Source: Desulfovibrionaceae bacterium
Lineage (GTDB): Bacteria; Spirochaetota; Spirochaetia; Treponematales; Treponemataceae
Length of the DNA: 64,000 nucleotides
NCBI GenBank assembly: GCA_963654755.1
Contig: CAVKBG010000001.1
Coordinates: 8,426-72,425, forward strand
Direction: 5' to 3'
Part shown: piece by piece, positions 19,360 to 29,293 of the stretch
Layout: the number at the start of each line of letters is the position of its first letter
How positions within the stretch are numbered: position 1 is the stretch's first letter
Translations under genes and position numbers: made by a program
The notes under the pieces: model-generated
Seen by the model: only the letters and a program-made list of their open reading frames with translations
The model's database searches: none
Told to the model about the DNA's origin: nothing

Positions 19360-19772
19360 TTTTTCAGTTCCTCAAGAACATAAGATTTTACTTTTGGATA
19401 AAGAAGCAAATCGCTGTCTACAAAATTCAGCTTTGCAACATCTTCAATCGGAATCCAATTATATTCTGTGTGCTCTGTCAAAACATATTTTTTTTCAATT
19501 CCGTCATGCGGAACAAAAATTCTATACGCATGCAAAAGAACATTTTCTTCATTATGAATAAAAGAAGTTTCTGCGATTTTTTCTCCAACTTCAACAGTAA
19601 TGCCAAATTCTTCTTTTATTTCCCGAACAACAGCTTCTTTGTCTGTTTCGCCTGGCTCAACTTTTCCGCCTGGAAATTCCCAGCGTCCGCCCATTTGACC
19701 TGTTGGATTTCTGTGGGCAACAAGAATTTTTCCGTTTAACAAAGCTATACATGCTATGGAAACTTTTGACAT
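19356..19772 (-). CDS. NUDIX hydrolase (MutT-like)
   Basis: Nudix box WEFPGGKVEPGETDKEAVVREIKEEFGI. Confidence 0.92.
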   Translation of the reverse strand: MSKVSIACIALLNGKILVAHRNPTGQMGGRWEFPGGKVEPGETDKEAVVREIKEEFGITVEVGEKIAETSFIHNEENVLLHAYRIFVPHDGIEKKYVLTEHTEYNWIPIEDVAKLNFVDSDLLLYPKVKSYVLEELKK

Positions 19773-19780
19773 AAAAACCT

Positions 19781-20221
19781 CTACAAAAGCATGACTTGAG
19801 GAAATACAAAATGCAAAATGCCCGCCGCAATGCAGATAATTCCAATATATTTTCTTGACTCAATAAAAACTCTGTAAACCGCAGGAGGAACAGACTCGCT
19901 TTCGGAACTGCTAAAAATATAATATTCCAAAAGAATTGAAGCGCCAGAAAGAAAGCCGGCAACAACAGGAAACAAATCGCCAATTACAGGAATATCGTTT
20001 CTAAAAACAGAAAGAATTTTCATAACTGCTACAAAAAGGCATAAAACGCCAACGACAAGCCTGAATCCCGGGCTGTCAAAATTCAGTCCGCCAAAAGAAA
20101 TTTTTTGAGTAGATTCGGAATCATCATCGGAAGATTTTAAGTCAACAAGATTTTTTCCATAAATCAAAATCAGTCCGGCAAGAATATTCAGCAAAACGGA
20201 AAGAAAATAAAACTGAGCCAT
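19781..20221 (-). CDS. Hypothetical membrane protein (4 TM)
   Basis: Four hydrophobic segments; SD GAGG. Confidence 0.75.
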   Translation of the reverse strand: MAQFYFLSVLLNILAGLILIYGKNLVDLKSSDDDSESTQKISFGGLNFDSPGFRLVVGVLCLFVAVMKILSVFRNDIPVIGDLFPVVAGFLSGASILLEYYIFSSSESESVPPAVYRVFIESRKYIGIICIAAGILHFVFPQVMLL

Positions 20222-20275
20222 AATTATTCCTCTATAAAAGAATAAATGAAAATTTGAAAATTGTAAATGGTAAAT

Positions 20276-20842
20276 TTATCTATTTGAAATCTTGCATTCC
20301 AAAACAGCCGATTCATTTTCATAGACTAAAAGGCATTTTACAGAAACTAAATCATAATCATTGAAAACTGCGTAAACCGGCTTTGGAGATTTTGGAGCGA
20401 AATTAAAAAGAGTTTCAAATTTGTCAGCAACAGAGCCTTCCGCATTCAGACATTCAAACTGAACTTTTAGCGGAACAGAATCAATGTTTTCTATTTTTTC
20501 AAAATTGGAAAATTCAACTGAAGCATAAACTTTTTCGTCAAATGAAAATGCAGAAAGTTTTGCCGTCATTCCCGCAATTGAATTTTTGTCTGCGCCGCCA
20601 TTTATAATTCCAAGAACGAAAAACAAAACAATGCACATCACCATTGTGAAAAATACGATTTTATTTCCCTTTGTTGAAAAAAGAACTTTTATAAGCCCTT
20701 TTTTAGGAGCGTTTTTTCCAGTTGCAAGGTCACGGTAAATCGCCTGTTCATGCCGGCGGAACGAGCCTCTTTTGTAATGAAAAACTAAATCGTTTTCATC
20801 GTAGCGAATTTCAGGCTGGCTTTCATCGTCAAAAATTTCCAT
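20276..20842 (-). CDS. Hypothetical single-TM protein
   Basis: 188-aa ORF in operon context with one TM segment. Confidence 0.7.
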   Translation of the reverse strand: MEIFDDESQPEIRYDENDLVFHYKRGSFRRHEQAIYRDLATGKNAPKKGLIKVLFSTKGNKIVFFTMVMCIVLFFVLGIINGGADKNSIAGMTAKLSAFSFDEKVYASVEFSNFEKIENIDSVPLKVQFECLNAEGSVADKFETLFNFAPKSPKPVYAVFNDYDLVSVKCLLVYENESAVLECKISNR

Positions 20843-20856
20843 TTATAATTCCAAAA

Positions 20857-22071
20857 TCAGTTTTTTATAACAGCCTGAATCAAAGAATCGATTCGCCACC
20901 AGCAAACAGATGCGTTTTCATTTTTTATAATCAATGCGGAAATTATTCCTTCGCGGCTCAAATTAAAAGAATAATAAAGGCAAGATTCTCTATCAAGTGA
21001 AATTTTCCGCTTTAAAATTCTCTGGCCGTTCGACTGAACCATTTGCAAACTAAAGCCGTCGTCAGTGCTTACAATAAAATAAAGCCAACCGCTATCTGTA
21101 ATTCCCATGAAGTCATAAGGAATTTCAAAAGTTTCTTTCAAGAATCCTTCAGAAACCGGCTCATCGTAAGGCGGAACAGTTATAGGAAAATCGTACGAAT
21201 TATTTTCAACATCAAAAGGATGAATCAGCGTGGTTATATATTCCACTCCAGATTGAACGCGGCTTGACTCATCGATATAGCTTGTAAAATAATCAACTTT
21301 TAAATACAACTTGCGCTCTTTGTAATCAGGAACAATATTTTCAAGTGAAAAAAAAGTTTCATTTTTTTCTTCAGCAAAAGGATTCGGAACATTTTCTTTT
21401 TCAATTGGAATTGTGTACATTAAAAATCCGTCCATCGAAAACCAATAGACAACCGCGCCGGATGAAGTTGTGCATAAAACAACAAGCTCATTTTTGTCTG
21501 TCGTAAAAATATTTTTTATATACGGAAACGGAGTTCCACCAGGACCTTGCTGACCTATATAATTCATGTATTTTTTTGAATCGTCAAACCTTACAATAAT
21601 TTGGCTCAAAACCTGATTTGTCTTTGGATCTGTTTCCTGACGATTTAATGGAAGCTTGTCAACTGCGTAAAGATATTTTCTTGAGTCAACTGCAATTTTT
21701 GAAACTTCATTAAATGAATATGGAACTGCCGCGCGAGTAGAATTAATGTCGCTTGTATTTTCGGAAAATGAAGGTCGCGGATTTTCCTGCGGATTATAAT
21801 ACAAGGCAAGCAAATCTCCGTAGCTGTTCATTTCCATTATTTTTTTTGATTCGCCATTCAAAATATAAAAAAATCCATCCTGCATAGAAATTGAAGTGTT
21901 GATATTTCCGGCCGATGACATATTAAAAACATTAAGCTCGTCTTCAAAAGTTCCGTAGTTCAATTCAAAAAGTTTTTCTTTTTCAACGGAAGAAACTATT
22001 TTCCCCTTTCTGCATCCGCAAAAAACAGAAATAAAAACAAAAGCAATCAGAAGATTTTTTAAAAATTTCAT
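20857..22071 (-). CDS. Spirochaete conserved lipoprotein (LIC_12708-like, probable beta-propeller)
   Basis: Lipobox-like VFCGC; YIGQQGPGGTPFPYI motif. Confidence 0.7.
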   Translation of the reverse strand: MKFLKNLLIAFVFISVFCGCRKGKIVSSVEKEKLFELNYGTFEDELNVFNMSSAGNINTSISMQDGFFYILNGESKKIMEMNSYGDLLALYYNPQENPRPSFSENTSDINSTRAAVPYSFNEVSKIAVDSRKYLYAVDKLPLNRQETDPKTNQVLSQIIVRFDDSKKYMNYIGQQGPGGTPFPYIKNIFTTDKNELVVLCTTSSGAVVYWFSMDGFLMYTIPIEKENVPNPFAEEKNETFFSLENIVPDYKERKLYLKVDYFTSYIDESSRVQSGVEYITTLIHPFDVENNSYDFPITVPPYDEPVSEGFLKETFEIPYDFMGITDSGWLYFIVSTDDGFSLQMVQSNGQRILKRKISLDRESCLYYSFNLSREGIISALIIKNENASVCWWRIDSLIQAVIKN

Positions 22072-22121
22072 AGCACAAAAAGAATAAAAGATTTAGCAAA
22101 TTTCATCAAGAAGCAACGTTA

Positions 22122-22907
22122 TTAAACATGGCGGCGGATTCCATCAAATTTGACTTCCCACAAAAAAAGTCCAGTTGGAGGCGCTGTAATTCCAGCTTTG
22201 GTTCTGTCGCGGCTTTCAAGGATTTTTTTAAATTCGTCCGGGCTGCATTTTTTTTGCGCAAGCTGAATAAGAGTGCCGGTAATGGAACGGACCATTTTCC
22301 AAAGAAAGGCGTTCGCTTCAATCTGAAAAATAAGCAAATCAGGATTTTCCTTGTCCCAGAAAAAAAACGCATTGTCAATATATCTTTTTGTAGAAAGGCT
22401 TGAATCTCCAGCAGCGGCAAAAGAAACGCAGTCAATTTCACCGCGAAGACAAGAACACATTTCATTCAAGGAATCGATTTCCGGACGGAACGGAATAAAC
22501 CATCTGTAGCGGCTTTCACTTGCAAGCGGCGGATTTTTTGTCTGGATAAAATATCTGTACAATCTTGAAGTCGCGCAGAATCTTGAGCTGAAATCTTTTT
22601 CAACTGCACGTGCTTTTAAAATTCTTATATCCTGCGGAAGAATTCCATTTAAAGCCCTAACATAATTTTCGCAAGGAATTGTATCAATTGGAGATTCAAA
22701 ATTTGCAGCCTGCCCTGCCGCATGAACTCCGCTGTCAGTTCTTCCGCTGCCAGAAAGTTTTACTGGAACTTTCAGCATTTTAAAAAGCGCGTTTTCAATT
22801 TCGCCCTGAACTGTGCGGACTGGACTTCCATTGTCAGATTTGTCCTGCCTTTGCCAGCCGCAAAAATCAGTTCCGTCATAAGAAACGGTAAGAAGAATAT
22901 TAGTCAT
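22122..22907 (-). CDS. truA: tRNA pseudouridine(38-40) synthase
   Basis: YDGTDFCGWQRQ, SGRTDSGVHA, ANAFLWKMVRSITG, TAPPTGLFL. Confidence 0.97.
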   Translation of the reverse strand: MTNILLTVSYDGTDFCGWQRQDKSDNGSPVRTVQGEIENALFKMLKVPVKLSGSGRTDSGVHAAGQAANFESPIDTIPCENYVRALNGILPQDIRILKARAVEKDFSSRFCATSRLYRYFIQTKNPPLASESRYRWFIPFRPEIDSLNEMCSCLRGEIDCVSFAAAGDSSLSTKRYIDNAFFFWDKENPDLLIFQIEANAFLWKMVRSITGTLIQLAQKKCSPDEFKKILESRDRTKAGITAPPTGLFLWEVKFDGIRRHV

Positions 22908-23808
22908 CTTCGCTGAAAATATTATTAGATGAAAGCTCGGAAGTCATTTTGTCGTAAAGCGATTTTGCAACTTCAAGAAGCGGACCAGGTTTTGCCTTGC
23001 TGGATTTTCCCAAGCCGAAAATTCTTGCAATCGCCTTTTTGCTTTCGTCAAGTTTTTTTAGTCTAAGCTCCTGATTTTCGCGCTGGCCATATTTGTATTC
23101 CAAAAGTCCGCTTAAATAAATCACGCCGTCATAGCCGTAGTTTTTATCAGTGTCAGGACCGAAGTTTGCAACAGATTCAATTGATTCAATTCGTCCAGTT
23201 TCATTAATCAAAGTCTGCTGATAAAAAAATAAAGCTTTTCTGTAAAAAACCTGAGCGACATAGCCATAATTATGTTCCGGGCAAACACGTTCAATTTCAT
23301 TGCAAAGCCATGCAAGCCGCAAAGAAATTTCAGCGCGTTTAAAAGTCGGAGCATAAGCAATGTCCGCCTTTTCATAGCAAAGAAGCGCAAGATAATACAT
23401 TGCAGTTCCGTCGTACAAAGTCCGCTCGTCATTTAAATCATAATGCGGAAAAATCGCTTCAACTTCTTTTATTCTATGCTGTTCATCCTGCATAATTCTG
23501 TCAAAAGTTTCTGGATCTTTTATGTCCTTGAAATCCTTCCAAAACAAAGCTGTATGACAATGAGGACAACATCCGATTTCGTAAATAAGAGGATAAACTC
23601 TTCCGTATTTTTTTGAAGGCTCATAATTTCTATGAAGCTCGTCAGTAAGATTTCCTGCGATAGTTCTGCCGCCGCCCTGATGCATAAGTTCTTGCCTGAA
23701 TTTTTTGCGGCAAACTGGACACAAAGCATCTTCTTTTGCCCAATAAGAAACTGCGGGCTTTTTTTCAGCTTCTGTTAAAAAAGTTTTTCTATTGAATTGC
23801 GTTGCCAT
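22900..23808 (-). CDS. DUF2225-like Zn-binding protein
   Basis: CPVC and CPHC pairs, LRLAWL and helical repeats; ATG at 23808 after SD GGAGG. Confidence 0.75.
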   Translation of the reverse strand: MATQFNRKTFLTEAEKKPAVSYWAKEDALCPVCRKKFRQELMHQGGGRTIAGNLTDELHRNYEPSKKYGRVYPLIYEIGCCPHCHTALFWKDFKDIKDPETFDRIMQDEQHRIKEVEAIFPHYDLNDERTLYDGTAMYYLALLCYEKADIAYAPTFKRAEISLRLAWLCNEIERVCPEHNYGYVAQVFYRKALFFYQQTLINETGRIESIESVANFGPDTDKNYGYDGVIYLSGLLEYKYGQRENQELRLKKLDESKKAIARIFGLGKSSKAKPGPLLEVAKSLYDKMTSELSSNNIFSEDD

Positions 23809-23835
23809 TTTTTCCTCCGCAAATTTTTTTTTCAA

Positions 23836-24219
23836 TTATGCAACAATTTCGATTACAACATACGCCAAAGCATATTCTTTTTCGTGGCTAAGCGAAACAT
23901 GAATTTTATATTTTTCGCCGCATTTTTCTTCAATCAGTTTTTTTGCATTCCCCAAAACTTTTATTTCAGGCTTTTCATTATCGTCTTTTGAAATAAAAAC
24001 TTCATCTAAATTAAATCCGCGAATTCCAGTTCCAAGTGCTTTTGAAAACGCTTCTTTTGCTGCAAAGCGGCTCGCATAAAATTCGCATTTACGCTGAAGT
24101 CCTGCGCTTTCAGAAATACGTTCGCTTTTGTTATAAAACCGGCTTATCATATCTTTTGACAAAACCCATTTTTCAAAACGAGAAACTTTTGTTATATCGC
24201 AGCCAACACCAAAAATCAT
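23836..24219 (-). CDS. acpS: Holo-ACP synthase
   Basis: GVGCDI, RFAAKEAFSKALGTG, VSLSHE. Confidence 0.96.
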   Translation of the reverse strand: MIFGVGCDITKVSRFEKWVLSKDMISRFYNKSERISESAGLQRKCEFYASRFAAKEAFSKALGTGIRGFNLDEVFISKDDNEKPEIKVLGNAKKLIEEKCGEKYKIHVSLSHEKEYALAYVVIEIVA

Positions 24220-24227
24220 GCAAACCT

Positions 24228-25271
24228 TTATGACAAAACAGGAACTTTGAAAGCTGAGCTTGTTGACTTTTTTTCAGGCTCCGGCTCTTCTATAGGAATT
24301 TCTTCTTCCTGCTCCGACTTTACAACATTCAGCACAAAAACACTGAAACTTTGCGAAGAAACACTAAGATTTCCAGGAGCGTCAATTTGAACTGGAACTT
24401 CATAAATTCCAGGCTCTGTAATAAAAGCGCAGTCAGCAAAAACTTTAAAATTCGCCGGAGAAACTTTTTCAATATCAAGCAAATTTCCTGCTACAGAAAA
24501 ATCGATTTTTACAGAATCTCCAGAAACTGCAAGGCTGGACGAAAGATTTATAAGCACAACAGGAATGCTCTTGAATTCTTTTACAGTTCCTTCAATTACA
24601 ATCGGAACAGAAACTCTAATAGAATTTTTTTCTCCAAGAATTGAAATATACGAATTTGTATTTACAGGACTTACAATTTTTGAAATGCTTCCGTCCGCGC
24701 CTTCAATTGAAACTGCTCCAACCGGCAGTTTGTTTATTGAATCCACCATTGACGCAGGTCCGCACAAAGTTACAAACGAAGGCTCAAGTTCAGCAGAAAG
24801 TGCCTTATATCCATGCGCAGGTTTTCCCAAAACAGAAGCATAAAGAGGAACAGCTTTTGTTGTTTTCTTTTGAATCTGAATTTTCACATTGTCAGGCTGA
24901 TTGTAAATTTCAAGCGGCTCCAAATCCAGCTGAACAATTTTTTCATCAAGGTCAACATAAACAGGAAAATCGTAAATTCCTTCTTTTGTCTGGGACGAAA
25001 CATCTATAAACGCAGTCAAATCTTTTTCCATTATAGAAGCAATCTGATCGCGCTTTGTCCTGACTTTTACCTTTATATATTTTACCTGCTCAAGCCCGGA
25101 AACAGGAATCATATTTCCTTCAGCCCGGACTTCGAGAGGCACAGAAAAAGTCTTTACATCAAGAAGAGAAATCTGATGAAAAAAATAAATCATCGCAGCC
25201 AGAACAAAGCAGATTGCTTTTACAGGCCAGTTTTTAGTTATCTTTGCCAGTAATTGGTTTATGCTCATCAA
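24228..25271 (-). CDS. cdaR: CdaR/YbbR-domain protein
   Basis: N-terminal TM (NWPVKAICFVLA) and YbbR-like repeats; coupled to cdaA. Confidence 0.85.
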   Translation of the reverse strand: MMSINQLLAKITKNWPVKAICFVLAAMIYFFHQISLLDVKTFSVPLEVRAEGNMIPVSGLEQVKYIKVKVRTKRDQIASIMEKDLTAFIDVSSQTKEGIYDFPVYVDLDEKIVQLDLEPLEIYNQPDNVKIQIQKKTTKAVPLYASVLGKPAHGYKALSAELEPSFVTLCGPASMVDSINKLPVGAVSIEGADGSISKIVSPVNTNSYISILGEKNSIRVSVPIVIEGTVKEFKSIPVVLINLSSSLAVSGDSVKIDFSVAGNLLDIEKVSPANFKVFADCAFITEPGIYEVPVQIDAPGNLSVSSQSFSVFVLNVVKSEQEEEIPIEEPEPEKKSTSSAFKVPVLS

Positions 25272-26061
25272 TCGTATCCTCTATAATCTGCTGATCTGGA
25301 GTAATATCCAGCTGACGTTCAAGAATTCTTGTAACCTGATCCATTGTAAGGTCATAATGAAGCTTTGAGTCATAAGCAAGACTGTACGCGCCAGTTTCTT
25401 CACTTACAACAAGCACAACGCAGTCGCTCACCTCGCAAAGACCAAGAGCCGCCCTATGACGTGTTCCAAAAGTCTTTTTTATGTCGTACTGCTCGCTCAC
25501 TGGAAGAAAACAGCCCGCCGCAAGAATTTTTCCGCCCTGAATAAAACAAGCTCCGTCATGCAAAGGCGTGTTATGCCCGAATATTGTTACAAGCAAACTT
25601 GAAGAAAGGTCAGCATTAAGCCTTGTTCCCGTGGAAAGAATATTATCCAATTTTGTGCGCCGCATAAAAACAGCAAGCATTCCGCGCTTCTGCTTTGAAA
25701 GCATTTCCGCCGCAATAAGAACAGAATCCACATAAGAATGCTTCGCCCTGCTTCCAAAAGTAAACCATTCCGCCTGTCCAAGCTTAAGGAAAACTTTTCT
25801 TAATTCCGGCTGAAAAACAATCGCAAAAGCCATCATAAGTCCAGGCGCAATCACCGAAAAAATCCAAAGCAAAGTTCTAAGCTGAAGAATAACTGCAACC
25901 GCATAAGAAAGAACAACAACGACTGCTGCCCTTATAAGCTGAATCGCATTGGTTTTTGTTATAAGCTGGTAAGCCTTGTACAGAAGAAATGTAATAATTC
26001 CTATATCAAGGACAGGCCTGATAAAATCATATATTTTTATTAAAGTTTCAAACTGATTCAT
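25234..26061 (-). CDS. cdaA: Diadenylate cyclase CdaA
   Basis: Three TM helices, IVFQPELR, PLHDGA, GTRHRAALG, VVSEETG. Confidence 0.95.
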   Translation of the reverse strand: MNQFETLIKIYDFIRPVLDIGIITFLLYKAYQLITKTNAIQLIRAAVVVVLSYAVAVILQLRTLLWIFSVIAPGLMMAFAIVFQPELRKVFLKLGQAEWFTFGSRAKHSYVDSVLIAAEMLSKQKRGMLAVFMRRTKLDNILSTGTRLNADLSSSLLVTIFGHNTPLHDGACFIQGGKILAAGCFLPVSEQYDIKKTFGTRHRAALGLCEVSDCVVLVVSEETGAYSLAYDSKLHYDLTMDQVTRILERQLDITPDQQIIEDTIDEHKPITGKDN

Positions 26062-26878
26062 ACTTTAAAAGCGATTTTAACACAGCAAGGGTATCTTTAC
26101 AAGGAGCAACGTCATGCACACGAACCATAAAAGCTCCTTTTAAAACTGAAATCAAATCAGCGGCAAGCGTTCCAAAAAGCCTGTCCTGAACTTCGCGCCC
26201 CGTAACTTGCCCTATGCAGGATTTTCTTGAAAGAGCCATAAGCACAGGAAATTTTCCGCCGCAAAGAGAGCCGCAGTTTGAAATAAGATTCAAATTTCCT
26301 TCAAGATTTTTTCCAAATCCAATTCCAGGATCTACGATTATTTTTTCTTTTTCAATTCCGCTTTTTATGGCAAATTCCGCCCTTTGCTCAAGATACGAGC
26401 TGACTTCATTAAAAATATTTTTGTATTCCGTATCCACCTGCATTGTGGAAGGAATTCCGCGCTTGTGCATCAAAATCACAGGGATTTTCTTTTCCGCGGC
26501 AAAAAAAGCAAGCTCCGGATCATCTTCCAACGCTGAAATATCATTTAAAATGTCCGCGCCAGCATTGAACGCAGCCTGCATCACGGATTTTTTTCTTGTG
26601 TCAACTGAAATAGGAATATCGCTTTTTCTACGGATTTCTTCTATAACTGGAACAATTCGTTTTATTTCCTCTTCCGCGCTCACATAATCTGAACCGGGAC
26701 GAGTAGATTCTCCGCCCAAATCAAGAATGTCCGCGCCTTCGTCAATCAGCTCAAAAGCACGTTCTACGCCGCCTCTGCTTCCGCTGAAAAAACTATCTGG
26801 AGTGCAGTTTACAATTCCCATTACAAATGCCGGAAAATCTGTTGAAATTTTTCTTGAAGCCAAATTTAAAGTTTTCAT
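26048..26878 (-). CDS. folP: Dihydropteroate synthase
   Basis: MGIVNCTPDSF, GGESTRPG, DPGIGFGK, SRKS, RVHDV. Confidence 0.97.
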   Translation of the reverse strand: MKTLNLASRKISTDFPAFVMGIVNCTPDSFFSGSRGGVERAFELIDEGADILDLGGESTRPGSDYVSAEEEIKRIVPVIEEIRRKSDIPISVDTRKKSVMQAAFNAGADILNDISALEDDPELAFFAAEKKIPVILMHKRGIPSTMQVDTEYKNIFNEVSSYLEQRAEFAIKSGIEKEKIIVDPGIGFGKNLEGNLNLISNCGSLCGGKFPVLMALSRKSCIGQVTGREVQDRLFGTLAADLISVLKGAFMVRVHDVAPCKDTLAVLKSLLKYESV

Positions 26879-28794
26879 ATCCGCATTAGTTCCTTAGCAG
26901 CATTTATAATTTTTTCAGAAGAAAGTCCGGCTTCGTCCAGAATCTGCTCTCGGTTTCCGTTTGCAACAAATCTGTCAGGAAAAGCAAGAACAGCAGTTTT
27001 CAAAAATGAAGTTTCAGGGGAACTGCGCACAAAACTTTCAAGCCATTCTGAAATTCCGCCAATCTTTACGCCGTCTTCTATAAAAACAATTCCGTAATAA
27101 AGCTTTGCAATGCCAGCAAAATATTTTTCATCAAAAGGCTTTATAAATCTAAGAGAATAAATGTCAGCGTCAATTCCGTCCAAAACAAGCGCGCGTGCTG
27201 CTCTCAATGTCTCTGAAAAAACGCTTCCAGTGCAAACCAAAAGCACTTTTTTTCTCCAAGAATCCTCGCCCTGCCCAAAAGAAGAAATTGACGGAGCAAA
27301 ATCCGCAGTCTGCAAAAGAACGCCTTTTCCGGGTTCTACAGGAGCAGAAAACGGCTCAAGCTCAGAAGGACAAGCCATTTTCGGCCAGCGGATTACAACA
27401 GGACCTTGAACTTTGTTCACCGCCCATTCAAGGCAGAGATCCATGTCTTTTTTCCCAGCTACGGAAATTATAGAAAGATTCGGCACAGGTCTGAAAAGCG
27501 CAATATCAAAAATTCCCTGGTGGGTTTCTCCGTCAGAAGGAACAGCTCCTGCGCGGTCAAGAGCAATTACAACGTGCCTGTTTTGCAACGCAATGTCTTC
27601 TATAATTTGGTCAACACTTCTTTGAATAAAAGTTGAATAAATTGCGACAACAGGAATCAGTCCGCCAGCTGCAATTCCGCCTGCAAAAGTTACAGCATGT
27701 TCCTCTGCAATTCCAACATCAAAAAATCTGTCTTTAAATTTTCTTGAAAAAGCGTCAAGTCCGGTTCCTTTTGACATTGCCGCAGTAACCGCAACAATTC
27801 TATTGTTTGCCTGAGCCATTTCCACAATTTTATTGCTGAAATTTTCTGTAAAGCTCAAGTTGTCAAATTTTTCAACAATTCCATCGCTGATATTAAAAGG
27901 CCCGACTCCATGAAAGACAGACGGATTGTTTTCCGCAGGACTATAGCCTTTTCCTTTTTTTGTAACAACGTGAATTACAACAGGCCGCGGAATTTTTTTC
28001 GCACGGTTAAAGACACGCTCCATCTCGTCAATGCTGTGCCCGTTCAAAGGTCCTGTATATTCAAAGCCAAGGTCAACAAAAAGATTATTTGTAAAAAAAA
28101 GTCCTTTAAGCCCGCGCTTCAGTCTGAAAACAACTTTTCCAAGCCAGCGGTTAAAATAAGGAATTTTATCAATCAGGCGGTCAACTTTATAGCGGAATCC
28201 GTGGTAGCTGTCAGAAAAAGCAAGGCTAGAAAGATAACGTGAAATTGAACCGACATTCTTGTCAATTGACATCTGATTGTCATTTACAACAACAATCAAA
28301 TTTTTGGCAAGCTGACCTGCATGGCTCAAGCCTTCAAAAGCCATTCCGCCTGTAAGAGCGCCATCGCCGATTACAACAACAACTTTGTCTTTTCTTCCTT
28401 CAAGCTCCCAGGCAGACAAAAGCCCCAGCGCAGATGAAATTGAAGAGGAAGCGTGTCCTGCGTCAAAATAATCGTGAGGACTTTCCTTGATTTTTGTAAA
28501 GCCGGAAATTCCGTCTTTCATTCTTATTGACGAAAATGAATCATAGCGACCAGTAAGAATTTTATGAGGATAGCACTGATGGCTCACATCCCAGATAATG
28601 GCATCCTGCGGACTAGAAAAACTTCTGTGCAAGGCAATTGAAAGTTCCACAACGCCAAGGTTGCTTGCAAGGTGTCCGCCGTTATGCCCTACAACTTCTA
28701 TAATCTTACTGCGGATTTCTTTTGCCAGTGAAGGAAGAAGCTTTTTTGGAATAAGCTTTAAATCTTCAGGCGAATGAATATCATTTAAAATCAA
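26875..28794 (-). CDS. dxs: 1-deoxy-D-xylulose-5-phosphate synthase
   Basis: GGHLASNLGVVE, WDVSHQCYPHK, GDGALTGGMAFE, DVGIAEEHA, DGETHQG. TTG start at 28794 follows GGAG. Confidence 0.97.
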   Translation of the reverse strand: MILNDIHSPEDLKLIPKKLLPSLAKEIRSKIIEVVGHNGGHLASNLGVVELSIALHRSFSSPQDAIIWDVSHQCYPHKILTGRYDSFSSIRMKDGISGFTKIKESPHDYFDAGHASSSISSALGLLSAWELEGRKDKVVVVIGDGALTGGMAFEGLSHAGQLAKNLIVVVNDNQMSIDKNVGSISRYLSSLAFSDSYHGFRYKVDRLIDKIPYFNRWLGKVVFRLKRGLKGLFFTNNLFVDLGFEYTGPLNGHSIDEMERVFNRAKKIPRPVVIHVVTKKGKGYSPAENNPSVFHGVGPFNISDGIVEKFDNLSFTENFSNKIVEMAQANNRIVAVTAAMSKGTGLDAFSRKFKDRFFDVGIAEEHAVTFAGGIAAGGLIPVVAIYSTFIQRSVDQIIEDIALQNRHVVIALDRAGAVPSDGETHQGIFDIALFRPVPNLSIISVAGKKDMDLCLEWAVNKVQGPVVIRWPKMACPSELEPFSAPVEPGKGVLLQTADFAPSISSFGQGEDSWRKKVLLVCTGSVFSETLRAARALVLDGIDADIYSLRFIKPFDEKYFAGIAKLYYGIVFIEDGVKIGGISEWLESFVRSSPETSFLKTAVLAFPDRFVANGNREQILDEAGLSSEKIINAAKELMRI

Positions 28795-28813
28795 GTTAAA
28801 GCTCCAAAAACAC

Positions 28814-28853
28814 AAAAAAAAGACCGCAGTCAAATAAAAATAACCGCGGTCTT
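28814..28853 (-). terminator. Intrinsic terminator after the bS22 gene
   Basis: Minus strand reads AAGACCGCGGT-loop-ACTGCGGTC then T8. Confidence 0.75.
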
Positions 28854-28911
28854 CATGAAAAAAGGCCTTTTGAAATAATCCAATAACCTTGCAAAAAATT
28901 ACAAAGCTATC

Positions 28912-29001
28912 TTACTTACTCTTATGGCGATTTCTTCTAAGCTTCTTCTTACGCTTATGTGTCGCTATTTTTGCGCGCTTTCTTTTCTTTCCACAAGGCA
29001 C
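28912..29001 (-). CDS. 30S ribosomal protein bS22 (AURKAIP1/COX24/DUF1713 family), 29 aa
   Basis: GTG start after SD AAGGAG; MPCGKKRKRAKIATHKRKKKLRRNRHKSK*; own promoter TTGACT-17-CATAAT (29061-29033) and downstream terminator. Confidence 0.9.
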   Translation of the reverse strand: MPCGKKRKRAKIATHKRKKKLRRNRHKSK

Positions 29002-29080
29002 AGTAGAACTCCTTACTATAATAAGTTCTCTTATTATGCGGAATTTCAGATTTTAAGTCAAGAGAAAATATCAATTATTG

Positions 29081-29293
29081 CTAAAGCTCAAGCAAAATTT
29101 TGTTCAAAAACAAGATTGAATCTTCTGTAAGTGAAAAATTTTTAGAGCCATCTGGATTTTCCGCAGTTTTTATGCCGAATTTTCTTACAGGCTCAAGACG
29201 TTTTTCCAAGTCGCCACGCCAAGGTTCAACAGAACAAAAGTTTTTTCTATATTGAGCTGAATTCAAGCCTTCAAAAGTTCTAAGCCCCATCAT
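29081..29293 (-). pseudogene. Detached C-terminal fragment of hemW created by the tandem duplication
   Basis: Repeats the HemW residues MMGLRT...KTA, then continues ENPDGSKNFSLTEDSILFLNKILLEL, a typical HemN_C tail. Confidence 0.75.

Noticed and set aside
28924..29130. 68-aa plus-strand ORF in the track
   Set aside because: It is the antisense shadow of the bS22 gene and has no SD or recognisable motif.
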